Shown in pieces: positions 37,376-46,190 of a stretch of 64,000 bases of DNA. The stretch lies in assembly GCA_964350245.1 (NCBI GenBank), contig CAYGJC010000002.1:69473-133472 (forward strand), given 5' to 3'. Positions within the stretch are counted from its first letter, which is position 1; each line of letters begins with the position of its first letter. A program made the translations under genes and the position numbers. Source of the DNA: an uncultured bacterium (GTDB taxonomy: Bacteria > Chlamydiota > Chlamydiia > Chlamydiales > JAAKFR01). The notes below the pieces were generated by a model. It worked only from the letters and a program-made list of their open reading frames with translations. It was not told the DNA's origin and did not search any database.

Positions 37376-39147
37376 TTGATCAGCGCCTCGATTGTTTGTG
37401 CCGCCTTTTGGCTAGCATTTTGATTGAATAGACGGGTGCGTAGTTCTTGGCATGCCTGTAGGCACGTCTCTCTGTTTTCATCCAGTTTACGCAGCGCGTC
37501 TGCAATCTTTTCGGGGGATAAAACTTTATGGATAAACTCAGGAAAGACCTCTCGTTCACAAATGATATTCACAAGCGTGTAGAAGGGCAGCCGAATGCGG
37601 AAAAGCAAGCCGCCTATAATCGAGTTGAAGGTCGAGAGTTTATACGTTGTCACCGTGGGAATGCCATGCAATCCGATTTCTAACACAATGGTCCCGGAAG
37701 TAGCCAGAGCAAGGTGAGCAGCACGCATCAGCTCATAGCGCTTCTCTTGGGGGACAAGATAGGCTGTAGAGTCGACATGTTTGCGTATTTCATCCATGAG
37801 CTCAGGCCGTGCTACAGAGATCACAGGTGTGTAGTCCGGAAAGGCTTGGGCTGCTTTCCACTGCAAGGGAAGGTTGTGGGCAATTTCATGCCGTCGACTT
37901 CCCGGGAAAAGAGCTAAAATAGGTTTTTCAGTGGGCAGAGGGTAGGTCTCGTCGTACGTATACTGATCGATAGCGGCGACAAGAGGGTGTCCTACATATG
38001 TCACAGGCAGCGTCGTCTTTTGAAAACACTCCTTTTCAAAGGGGAGGATGGAAAGGAGGCTGTCCAGTGTTTTAGCCAGCGAGTAGACACGTTTTTTTCT
38101 CCACGCCCATACAGAGGGGCAGACGTAGTGAATCAGCTTGCCTCGGTATCCTTTTTTACGCAGAGAACGTGCTAGCAACATATTGAACTCAGCGTAATCG
38201 ATGAGCACAACACCTGCCGGCTGCTCTTTCAAAATCTGGTTGCGGATCGCATAAAAATCACGTGCCAGCCTGGGGAAGGCTAAAAGCACGGCTGAAAACC
38301 CCATCACCTGGAACCGCTCCATCGGATGGGTGATCTTCATCCCGGCAGATTGCATTAAGGGACCTCCCACCCCGGAAATAGGGAGAGAAGGGTTCCTTTC
38401 ACGAAGCGCTTCAACTAATTTTCCTCCAAGAACATCTCCGCTCGGTTCACCTGCAAAGAGAAAAAGGCCTTCTTTGGGTTCCTGTGGCTCTTTTTTGATC
38501 AGCATTAAGTTACGGATATAAGGAAGCAAGCCCATGCTATAGCCGAGGATGTTCACCAGATCTCCCAAGCGAGCAAAATAGATTAAAGAGAGCGCAGCTC
38601 CAAACAAACTTGTCCACCAGAAGGAGCGGCTGAGATAGCTCTTTTGGTTTTTTTCAGCTAGCCACCACTGAATCCAAAAACGGCTGGCAAACAGAATCAT
38701 TCCCCCAAGACCCACCACATGCCAGAGAAAGGAGGCCTTGGCTGCATGTGTTCCGCTCCACGGCATCGTCGGAGGACGCATCCACTCAAGCGAATGAGAA
38801 ATGAGACTTTGAGTCAAAAAAAGTGCAGAGATGAACACAGACGTGCACACCATCAAAATCACGGTTTTATTTTTTGTTGAGGGGCGGTGACTCATGAGGT
38901 TGAGATTACGCCAGGCAATCACAGCGTTGAGCGCTTGAATCAAGCAGACGGGATACTGTAGTTGAATCCAAGCATGAAAACATAAAACAGAATTAGCGCT
39001 CAGGGACAAAATCCAGAAAAGAGGCGAAACTGTACTCTTTTGTTTCTTTTCACTCTCTACCCATTGGATCAAAAACCTAAGTCCAAACAGAAGATTGGCC
39101 ACAAGCCCAAGGGGATATAGAACGGAACGTAGGGTATCCATATTCAT
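37282..39147 (-). CDS. lpxB: lipid-A-disaccharide synthase LpxB with N-terminal LAB_N membrane domain
   Basis: The first ~220 aa are polytopic with a duplicated motif (FGLRFLIQWVESEKKQKS / ASRFWIQWWLAEKNQKS). A GT19 core follows (FAGEPSGDVLGGKL). The C-terminal 31 codons overlap ychJ. Confidence 0.9.
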   Translation of the reverse strand: MNMDTLRSVLYPLGLVANLLFGLRFLIQWVESEKKQKSTVSPLFWILSLSANSVLCFHAWIQLQYPVCLIQALNAVIAWRNLNLMSHRPSTKNKTVILMVCTSVFISALFLTQSLISHSLEWMRPPTMPWSGTHAAKASFLWHVVGLGGMILFASRFWIQWWLAEKNQKSYLSRSFWWTSLFGAALSLIYFARLGDLVNILGYSMGLLPYIRNLMLIKKEPQEPKEGLFLFAGEPSGDVLGGKLVEALRERNPSLPISGVGGPLMQSAGMKITHPMERFQVMGFSAVLLAFPRLARDFYAIRNQILKEQPAGVVLIDYAEFNMLLARSLRKKGYRGKLIHYVCPSVWAWRKKRVYSLAKTLDSLLSILPFEKECFQKTTLPVTYVGHPLVAAIDQYTYDETYPLPTEKPILALFPGSRRHEIAHNLPLQWKAAQAFPDYTPVISVARPELMDEIRKHVDSTAYLVPQEKRYELMRAAHLALATSGTIVLEIGLHGIPTVTTYKLSTFNSIIGGLLFRIRLPFYTLVNIICEREVFPEFIHKVLSPEKIADALRKLDENRETCLQACQELRTRLFNQNASQKAAQTIEALIKCHHVPVTAEKSTPPVVNPTTREHLPPIQQH

Positions 39148-39863
39148 GATTTATGGGAGATCTCTTCCCGAATTTGGTGTTTAAGTGCGCGATGACGCAT
39201 CCAGCGCACCACAAACATGTCGACAATAGGACCAATCGAGCGGTTGAAAAAGTGGTATTTGGTTGTGCCTTTGGCGCGCTCCCTGTGATTGACAGGGATC
39301 TCTTTGATGCGAAAGCCTTCGATTTTAAAAAGGGCCGGTAAAAAGCGATGCATTCCTTTGTACATTTTAATTTTTCTGAGCGCCTCTGCGCGGTAGATCT
39401 TTAAGGAGCATCCTGTGTCGTGCATTTCATCACGGCAAAGACGGCTGCGCACCCAGTTAGAAAATTTCGAGACAATCCGTTTTTTCCATGGATCGCGCCG
39501 ATTGACCCGCCATCCAACAACGAGGTCACAATCGACAACAGCCGCTGTGAGTTTGGGAATATCAGCCGGATCATTTTGACGATCCCCATCTAAAGTGATG
39601 ATCAACTCACCCCGGGACGCTGCAAAACCCGCCGCAAATGCGGCTGATTGACCAAAGTTACGCGTGAATGTCAAGACGCGCAGGTAGTCCTTTTGTTGGC
39701 ACAGGTCTTGCAAAATTAGAAGGCTTCGATCGGTAGAGCCATCATCAATGCAGATCAGCTCCCACGGCTCGCCTAGCCCTTCCATTACCGGTTCAACTTC
39801 TGCGATTAGATCGGCAATATTCTCTTCTTCATTTTTAATCGGGACGACGATTGAATAACGCAT
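39144..39863 (-). CDS. GT2 family polyprenyl-phosphate glycosyltransferase (DPM1/ArnC/GtrB-like, no TM tail)
   Basis: VVPIKNEEENI, DDGSTD and LDGDRQNDP motifs. ATGA-type overlap with lpxB. Confidence 0.85.
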   Translation of the reverse strand: MRYSIVVPIKNEEENIADLIAEVEPVMEGLGEPWELICIDDGSTDRSLLILQDLCQQKDYLRVLTFTRNFGQSAAFAAGFAASRGELIITLDGDRQNDPADIPKLTAAVVDCDLVVGWRVNRRDPWKKRIVSKFSNWVRSRLCRDEMHDTGCSLKIYRAEALRKIKMYKGMHRFLPALFKIEGFRIKEIPVNHRERAKGTTKYHFFNRSIGPIVDMFVVRWMRHRALKHQIREEISHKS

Positions 39864-39864
39864 T

Positions 39865-40632
39865 CTACCTCAGTAACTGTTCTTTCATCCAGTTGACTCC
39901 CTCTTCAAAAGTGCGAGGAGCAGTTCCATGCCCTTTATGCCCAATTGAATGGGTGATACTCAACTCAACATCCATATGACGCGCACGTATCTCGTGAGCC
40001 TTTTCTGCTAGCTTCCGAATGAAGTGGTAGCACGCATCGGTACTGACCCGCTCATCTCGATTTCCGATATAGAATCGGAGATGGTGGAGGTGAGTCAGCG
40101 CGTCCACAACTCTTTCTAAGTTGAGAGCCTGGGCGCGCAGTTTAACACGTTCTGTGTGTTCATCTGAAGTAAATTCGGTCAGGGCGTCCAGACGGGTTAG
40201 GGGAGCGAATCCTAAAATGGTTTTGATTCGGGTCTCTCGTGCAGCCACATGAGTGGCGATCAATCCCCCTCTTGAGAGGCCTCCGACTGCAACATGATTA
40301 GGATCGATCCATCCCGATTCGATCAGCCAGTCTATGGATTTCACGACTTTGTCAAAAAAAGTTTCGAGTAGATAGTTCTCTTGAGCCATCTGACCCGCCC
40401 AGTATTGAATCGCGTGGAACTTATCGAATCCGGGACCATGCCCGGGGATGGTCATCGAGAAGACTCTTAAGGGTGCGCCTTTAAGTAAGGCTGCAGGGGA
40501 GTTGTAGGGGTCCAGGGTTAGGCTTTCTTCTCCTGAAAGAGCGAAGTAGAAAAAGGCAGGGAGAGGGCCCGCTTCCGGCCCTAGGCCTTGATAGACAATT
40601 TCTTGCCCACTTGGGCTAGAGACTATTTTCAT
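39865..40632 (-). CDS. alpha/beta hydrolase (esterase / dienelactone-hydrolase-like)
   Basis: Nucleophile elbow GGLSRGG and a C-terminal catalytic His region (HSIGHKGH). 1-nt gap to the GT2 gene. Confidence 0.75.
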   Translation of the reverse strand: MKIVSSPSGQEIVYQGLGPEAGPLPAFFYFALSGEESLTLDPYNSPAALLKGAPLRVFSMTIPGHGPGFDKFHAIQYWAGQMAQENYLLETFFDKVVKSIDWLIESGWIDPNHVAVGGLSRGGLIATHVAARETRIKTILGFAPLTRLDALTEFTSDEHTERVKLRAQALNLERVVDALTHLHHLRFYIGNRDERVSTDACYHFIRKLAEKAHEIRARHMDVELSITHSIGHKGHGTAPRTFEEGVNWMKEQLLR

Positions 40633-40732
40633 AAGCGATACAAATAGGTTGGCTTATACCATTTATATACAACGCTCGCATTAATATGAAAAAGCCTTTG
40701 TTCACTTCGGACAGAGCTCTGATGGGACTGCA

Positions 40733-41140
40733 TCAAGGTTGCGCCGCTAAAGAGATGCCCATCGAGGGGATAAAGGGCGCACTTTTGCTTAAGGCAACAG
40801 CACGAGCTAAGTTGATCGCTTGCTGCTGAGTTCCGCTAAAGTCTACGGTGGCTATTCCCGTGATCAATCTAATCTTGTTAGAATGAAATTCTGCGGGGTA
40901 ACAGTTAGAATTATACTTGTAAACGGTTATGATGGGCTTAGTAAGGTTCAATACCTGGTGGTGGAAGGGAATATGGTGAGACTGTGCAAAGACGCGAGCA
41001 GCTGCTTGTGCAACCGCGATATCTGACTCTGCATGTGTAGAAATAAATCTTTTTTCGCTTCCCTCAACATGGACGGCAGCAAAACTATTTACGATTTGTA
41101 CAACAGCCGTATAGCTTCCTGAAGATGGTTCAAAACGCAT
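40733..41140 (-). CDS. hypothetical protein (135 aa) with an internal two-fold repeat
   Basis: AAGGA RBS 5 nt upstream of the ATG. Two similar halves end in Ala-rich helices (SDIAVAQAAARVFAQ / TQQQAINLARAVALSK). No family recognised with confidence. Confidence 0.55.
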   Translation of the reverse strand: MRFEPSSGSYTAVVQIVNSFAAVHVEGSEKRFISTHAESDIAVAQAAARVFAQSHHIPFHHQVLNLTKPIITVYKYNSNCYPAEFHSNKIRLITGIATVDFSGTQQQAINLARAVALSKSAPFIPSMGISLAAQP

Positions 41141-41403
41141 AAAAATCCTTGTTAAAACCCAGGCAATTCTAACAAGTTAGGCAAATTAAAAAAAAACTGA
41201 ATTAATCATTATGATTTTTAGTGAGCTTCCTTTTCATTCTTGTTCGTAAAAAACTCCTATGAGTAGACTGAGGAATCGCCTTCAGAGATCCGTTTCCGCT
41301 CCTCAAACGCCTGTGTCCGCTCTGCTAGAGTTTCGATGGTGATGAATGAGCGATCACTAGTATCAAAGTAAATTCAGCGGTCGAAGTTGAGCCATAAAGT
41401 GAT

Positions 41404-42024
41404 TTAGTGAATCACCTTCACTTCCACACCATACTTGCTCCTAAGTTGAGACTCATAGTCGTCTCTAGATAGGTAGTTATATTGGTAGTTTTCACCATTT
41501 TGTGTCCAACGGTGTGACCATGGCTCGCTACGCGCTTTCAAATAAAGATTTTTGGTTAAAAGTAGATCTTGCTGCTCTGCAGATGTTAAATTTCTTGTTG
41601 GTCTTTGAAACTCAACTAATACGCCATCTGATCTGGTATACCGAGGAAGCGGTGTCTCAACGCGTCGCAAAGTACTCGATGCAGCTGGAGGGGTGCTCTG
41701 TTGAGGTGGGGTAGTTTTTACGTCGCTTACGTGTACTAAGATGTACATGTCATTAAGGGTTTTTTCAGCCAGTGCTCTCCTGGGATCATTAGAGGCGTGC
41801 AAATATATGTTTTCCCATCGTTTAACTTTATGCTCTTCATGTGTCAGTGGACGACATCCATAGAAATAGACCCTTGTTCCGTCGCTCCTGGTTGCTTCGC
41901 GCTGGTACCCAAGCTGTCGACCTTCCTGTAGGCATTGACGCTGAAGATCTTGTTGAGTAAGTTGTGCTGTTAATGTAAAAGGTGCTAAACACAAAAATAA
42001 ATAAATGCATCTCATAAAAAACAT
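41404..42024 (-). CDS. secreted hypothetical protein (206 aa) with two TRSDG modules joined by a Pro/Thr/Ser linker
   Basis: Signal peptide (M)RCIYLFLCLAPFTLTAQ. Module repeat TRSDGTRVYF...NIYLHASNDP / TRSDGVLVEF...NLYLKARSEP. Alternative ATG at 42015 has better RBS spacing. Confidence 0.6.
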   Translation of the reverse strand: MFFMRCIYLFLCLAPFTLTAQLTQQDLQRQCLQEGRQLGYQREATRSDGTRVYFYGCRPLTHEEHKVKRWENIYLHASNDPRRALAEKTLNDMYILVHVSDVKTTPPQQSTPPAASSTLRRVETPLPRYTRSDGVLVEFQRPTRNLTSAEQQDLLLTKNLYLKARSEPWSHRWTQNGENYQYNYLSRDDYESQLRSKYGVEVKVIH

Positions 42025-42046
42025 CCCTTTAAAACGAACAATTTAA

Positions 42047-42075
42047 ATTTAACATTTAAAATAAATATTAGTCAA
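42047..42075 (-). promoter_or_regulatory. candidate sigma-70-type promoter for the 206-aa secreted protein gene
   Basis: On the minus strand: TTGACT (42070-42075) - N17 - TTAAAT (42047-42052), about 25 nt upstream of ATG 42024. Confidence 0.35.
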
Positions 42076-42182
42076 CTTTTTACTAATTCGTACTTGGCGG
42101 CAGTTTTTAGGTAATTGACTCTGAAAAGCCGGATCAAAGATTGAGTTTTTCTATGAACCCATTCTTATACAAGATAGATGTT

Positions 42183-43391
42183 TTACTCTTTTGCTTTCTC
42201 TTTCTCACCTCTCTTGGTGAGACGCTTCCAGTGTTCGTAGGTTTTGAAAAGCTCCGGGTGAATAAGAGCGCGTAGCTTGAGGAACGTAAGCGCGTAAATA
42301 AACCCTTTCTGCCTCACAATCCGGGTGCGGGGACGCCGCTTTTTATCAAGGGGGGTGAGCCGGTACTGCATGTGCAATAAAAAGTGGGCACGGAGGCGAA
42401 TCTTACGGGGAAAATGTGAGTAAGGTTCAAATAATAAATCCTGAATCAACTCATCCGACAGGGCCATCACATCTCCAATATGCACCGTTTTTTCTTGGTC
42501 CTGAAAACGTAGGCGGATCTCGTGCTCCACAATCGGATAGATCAAGGCAGCCGTGAGAATGGAGCGGTCCAAAGTTTGATAGCGCCCCTTTACATTCATG
42601 GAGTCTGCTGCTTTTAGATAGGCATAAAGCTGCTCACCCAATGGCTCAAGGAAATAGGCATTGAGGTGAGGAAAAAGTACCTCCAAAATCTTGGATTCAA
42701 CCAAGAGGCGGAAAAAGGCCTCAGAGGCGCCTGATTCTAGCATCCGAAACATCTCTTCCAAAACGCGGGCCGAAGAACTTTTTTTAATTTCATGGCGGCA
42801 GTTCTCAAGAGCTTCTAGAGCCTTAGGATCAGCGTGAAACCCAAAGCGAGCCCGGAATTTCTGCATGCGGATCATTCTTACAGGATCCTGCTTAAAACGG
42901 AGGTTAGGCTCACCGATGGTCCGTAAATAGTGTTGTTTTAGGTCTTCAAATCCACCGACGTAGTCAATAATCTTATGATCCAGAGGATCGTAAAAAAGGC
43001 CGTTAATAGTGAAATCACGTCGTAACACGTCTTCTTCAGGCGTGCCCCAAATATTGTCTTGAACAATTAATTCGCCATCTGTGGGATCACCTGCTCTAAA
43101 AGTAGCTACCTCAATGATATGCCTACCAAAGCGAATGTGAGCCAGCCGAAAACGGCGGCCAATCAAGAGGCAGCTGCGTTGAAAAAGGGCTTTAATCTCC
43201 TCGGGCTTAGCAGAGGTGGAAATGTCAAAGTCTTTGGGTTTTTTGCGCATGAGCAAGTCGCGTACGCCTCCACCCACTAAGTAGGCAGTGTACCCGGCTT
43301 CATGGAGCTTTTCTAGAACCTGAAGCGCCCGCGGGTCAATAAGATCGTTACGGATATGGTGGTCGTCTGATGTATAGATTTTTTCTTGCAC
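42183..43391 (-). CDS. pcnB: poly(A) polymerase / tRNA nucleotidyltransferase family protein (PcnB-like)
   Basis: YLVGGGVRDLLM ... DFDIST nucleotidyltransferase head, RRDFTINGL, and a long helical C-terminal body ending in a basic tail. Confidence 0.82.
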   Translation of the reverse strand: MQEKIYTSDDHHIRNDLIDPRALQVLEKLHEAGYTAYLVGGGVRDLLMRKKPKDFDISTSAKPEEIKALFQRSCLLIGRRFRLAHIRFGRHIIEVATFRAGDPTDGELIVQDNIWGTPEEDVLRRDFTINGLFYDPLDHKIIDYVGGFEDLKQHYLRTIGEPNLRFKQDPVRMIRMQKFRARFGFHADPKALEALENCRHEIKKSSSARVLEEMFRMLESGASEAFFRLLVESKILEVLFPHLNAYFLEPLGEQLYAYLKAADSMNVKGRYQTLDRSILTAALIYPIVEHEIRLRFQDQEKTVHIGDVMALSDELIQDLLFEPYSHFPRKIRLRAHFLLHMQYRLTPLDKKRRPRTRIVRQKGFIYALTFLKLRALIHPELFKTYEHWKRLTKRGEKEKAKE

Positions 43392-43405
43392 GGGCAGAGA
43401 CTATA

Positions 43406-44740
43406 TCAAATCACAACTTTATTGTGGATGTGTGGAAAGGCCTTTGTAGCAAAAAAAGTGTCGCGCAGAGCCAAATAGGCCGCTTCGTTATAAATGGAGG
43501 CGAAGGTCTTCCGGTCATAATACGTGTAGCTATACAACATTTTCCGTCCTCCGTATAGCGCAATTTCTTTTTCGAGCTTGGCTGAAAGCTGAGAGGTGGG
43601 CAGAGCGCTTTGGGGTATTCCGTAGATTCCGATGTTTAAAAATTTTTCTTCCCCATAGTGGGGAGCCAAAATTTGAGGGGTCTTCGTTCCTTTAATTGGA
43701 CAAAGCCAAATAGGGAAAATGTTCGTTTCCCGGGTAAAGTGGTCAAAAACTGCGTGGGCTTTTGAGACGGGCGTATAAAAATCATGCACAAAAAAGAGAT
43801 TTTCAGAAACCTCCCTGGGAACACGATGCCAAATGCTGTAAAGCCGCCTACTTGAGAGCGCCCATCCAAAAAAAAGGCGAAAGAGAAAAGGGGGGTGTAC
43901 GGAGCTTAGGTGGATCTTGGGAATACCTATATGGAAAAGTAAACGGAGCATGGTGGGAAGACTTAAGACGTAGCGCCCCATCCAAAAGGCGCCTCTGTCG
44001 ATTCGGAAAAGGTATTCTTTGATGTGCATGGTTTCTTGGACGGGATGGCTTTCGGTGATGTGTTGAATGTACCAAGGGGACCAACTCCACTTTTGCCGAA
44101 AGAGGGGACCCTTTGGATGCGCGCTCATGTTCCCGGTAATGGCGATGCCTTCGTCAGGGTTAAAGGCGATTCCTTCGACAAAATCTCCTTTGTGCTCTGA
44201 AGTTAAAAGAGTGAGTAATTCTTTAACGGGAAGCGGCTGGTAGGTTAGGCAGACGTATTTTTGGGCAGGAATGAGGCGTATTTTAATGCTGGTAATAATG
44301 CCGAGGGTGCCATATGAACCCGATAGTCCATAAAAAAGGGCGCTGTTTTCATCTGGGGAGGCGCGCACACACTCTCCGTTTCCCAAAATGACCTCATACT
44401 CCAAACAGGTGTCGCTCACCTGACCAAAGCGGTGAGAGCTGCTCTCAAGAGCTGCTCCCATGACCGCCCCGCCCACCGTAATCGAACTGAATTCAGGAAC
44501 AACGGGGGGGATCAGGCCTTGTTTAAGGGTCTCTTTGCACAGCTGCTGAAAGGTGACGCGTGGCTCAACGAGCACCCAGTCGGAATGCATTTCCAAGATG
44601 TGGTTGAATGAGGAGAGATCTAGGCCTTTTTGGGGCCGCTTTCGCAAGCAATTTGTAGTGCTGGAAGCTGAAAAGCAAAGCTCTGTTTCTCTATTATTTA
44701 CTGCTTTTTGGAGGCTTTTTACGCGCTCATTATGGTTCAT
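43406..44740 (-). CDS. FAD-linked oxidoreductase, DHCR24/DWF1 (Delta24-sterol reductase)-like
   Basis: Collinear with my recollection of human DHCR24: VLVEPRVTFQQL, PVVPEFSSITVGGAVMGAALESSSHRFG, YEVILGNGECVRASPDENSALFYGLSGSYGTLGI, RLIPAQKYV, FPIWLCP. AGGAG RBS 8 nt upstream of ATG 44740. The ORF-track start is 44809. Confidence 0.78.
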   Translation of the reverse strand: MNHNERVKSLQKAVNNRETELCFSASSTTNCLRKRPQKGLDLSSFNHILEMHSDWVLVEPRVTFQQLCKETLKQGLIPPVVPEFSSITVGGAVMGAALESSSHRFGQVSDTCLEYEVILGNGECVRASPDENSALFYGLSGSYGTLGIITSIKIRLIPAQKYVCLTYQPLPVKELLTLLTSEHKGDFVEGIAFNPDEGIAITGNMSAHPKGPLFRQKWSWSPWYIQHITESHPVQETMHIKEYLFRIDRGAFWMGRYVLSLPTMLRLLFHIGIPKIHLSSVHPPFLFRLFFGWALSSRRLYSIWHRVPREVSENLFFVHDFYTPVSKAHAVFDHFTRETNIFPIWLCPIKGTKTPQILAPHYGEEKFLNIGIYGIPQSALPTSQLSAKLEKEIALYGGRKMLYSYTYYDRKTFASIYNEAAYLALRDTFFATKAFPHIHNKVVI

Positions 44741-44819
44741 GGTGACTACTCCTGGAAAGAAATTCTTTTCTACTGTATCCTCCACGAAAAAGTACATGGA
44801 AAAAATCATCTCCTCTTCT

Positions 44820-46190
44820 ATGAATCAACACTCTACAAAATTATTTGGCACGGATGGTGTGCGTGGGCGTGCGAATCACTTTCCTATGACAGTGGAAGTA
44901 GCGCTGAAATTGGGAAAAGCAGTAGCCAAGGTTCTGCGTCGTCACGATGGAAAGCATCGCGTGGTGATCGGAAAAGATACACGTCTTTCGTGTTATATGT
45001 TTGAAAATGCTCTCATTGCGGGTCTTAACTCTATGGGTGTGGATACGTTGATGCTAGGGCCTCTTCCCACACCTGCAGTGGCTTTCATTACACGTGCTTA
45101 TCGTGCTGACGCCGGAATTGTGATTTCCGCTTCCCACAACCCCTACTACGACAATGGGATCAAAATTTTTACCTCAGATGGAGTCAAACTACCGGATTGT
45201 GTGGAGCAGGACATCGAGAAAATGATCGCCGAAGAGGATTTTGAAGATGTTCCAGCTGACTGTGACGTCGGAAAAAATAAACGGATTGAGGATGCAGGTG
45301 GACGCTACATTGAGTTTGTGAAAGCAACCTTCCCCAAAGGAAAAACACTAAAGGGGATGAAGATCTTTCTTGATTGTGCTAACGGGGCTGCCCACAGGGT
45401 AGCGCCTCTTGCCTTTTGGGAGCTTGATGCCCAGGTGGTTGTGGTAGGCAACGAACCGGATGGGATGAATATTAATCAAAATTGTGGCTCCCTAAATCCC
45501 TCACTCATCCAAAAAGGGGTCATTGAGCATCAAGCTGATGTGGGAATTGCCTTAGATGGTGATGGCGACCGGCTCATTATGGTCGATGAGAAGGGGCATA
45601 TTGTCGATGGAGACACCATATTAGCGATTTGTGCCCACGAACTGAAACGGCTTGGAGAGCTGAAAAACAATCGTGTTGTGGCGACCGTGATGAGCAATAT
45701 TGGAGTGGTGAAGTACCTTGAGTCTCTGGGTATTGAGGTCTTTTTGTCTAATATCGGCGATCGGTATGTGATTCAGGATATGCTCAAACACCAGGCTTTT
45801 TTGGGAGGAGAGCAGAGTGGTCACCTGATTTTTCTCGACCATAACTCTACCGGTGATGGAATTGTTTCGGCCCTCCAAGTCTTAAAAATCATGATTGAAA
45901 GTGAGTCAACGCTCTCTGATCTTGTTTCCAGCGTAAAAAAATATCCCCAGACGCTTGTGAACATCCCGATTCAACGCAAAATTCCTTTGGAGACCAATCA
46001 GACGATTCAACGAGCGATTCAAGAAGTAGAAGCGGAACTGAGCGATCAGGGGCGCGTACTGGTGCGCTATTCCGGAACAGAAAACTTATGTCGTGTGATG
46101 GTCGAAGGGCCCAAGAAGCATCAGGTTGACCTACTTGCTCAGGCCATTGGAAGCTGTATCGAAAAAGAGATCGGAGAAGGAGCAAAATAA
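44820..46190 (+). CDS. glmM: phosphoglucosamine mutase
   Basis: LFGTDGVRG and the active-site SASHNPYYDNGIK. Start is ATG 44820 or 44796. The upstream 80+ codons of the ORF track are antisense to the DHCR24-like gene. Confidence 0.93.
   Translation: MNQHSTKLFGTDGVRGRANHFPMTVEVALKLGKAVAKVLRRHDGKHRVVIGKDTRLSCYMFENALIAGLNSMGVDTLMLGPLPTPAVAFITRAYRADAGIVISASHNPYYDNGIKIFTSDGVKLPDCVEQDIEKMIAEEDFEDVPADCDVGKNKRIEDAGGRYIEFVKATFPKGKTLKGMKIFLDCANGAAHRVAPLAFWELDAQVVVVGNEPDGMNINQNCGSLNPSLIQKGVIEHQADVGIALDGDGDRLIMVDEKGHIVDGDTILAICAHELKRLGELKNNRVVATVMSNIGVVKYLESLGIEVFLSNIGDRYVIQDMLKHQAFLGGEQSGHLIFLDHNSTGDGIVSALQVLKIMIESESTLSDLVSSVKKYPQTLVNIPIQRKIPLETNQTIQRAIQEVEAELSDQGRVLVRYSGTENLCRVMVEGPKKHQVDLLAQAIGSCIEKEIGEGAK

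Noticed and set aside
41270-41385. Stop-to-stop minus-strand frame IYFDTSDRSFITIETLAERTQAFEERKRISEGDSSVYS in the 263-nt gap. It looked like the tail of a decayed gene (an antitoxin or regulator-like helix).
   Set aside because: There is no start codon and it is only 38 codons long. I cannot tie it to any family. It could be chance in a non-coding spacer.
44504-44510. G7 homopolymer (C7 on the coding strand, encoding Pro-Pro) inside the DHCR24-like gene, considered as a possible phase-variation tract
   Set aside because: Seven residues is short for slipped-strand switching. The frame is intact, and there is no evidence for contingency loci in this phylum.
44553-44795. N-terminal ~80 codons of the 545-aa ORF containing glmM
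   Set aside because: It is antisense to the 5' end of the DHCR24-like gene, and GlmM homology starts at LFGTDGVRG. ATG 44820 (or 44796) gives the normal length.
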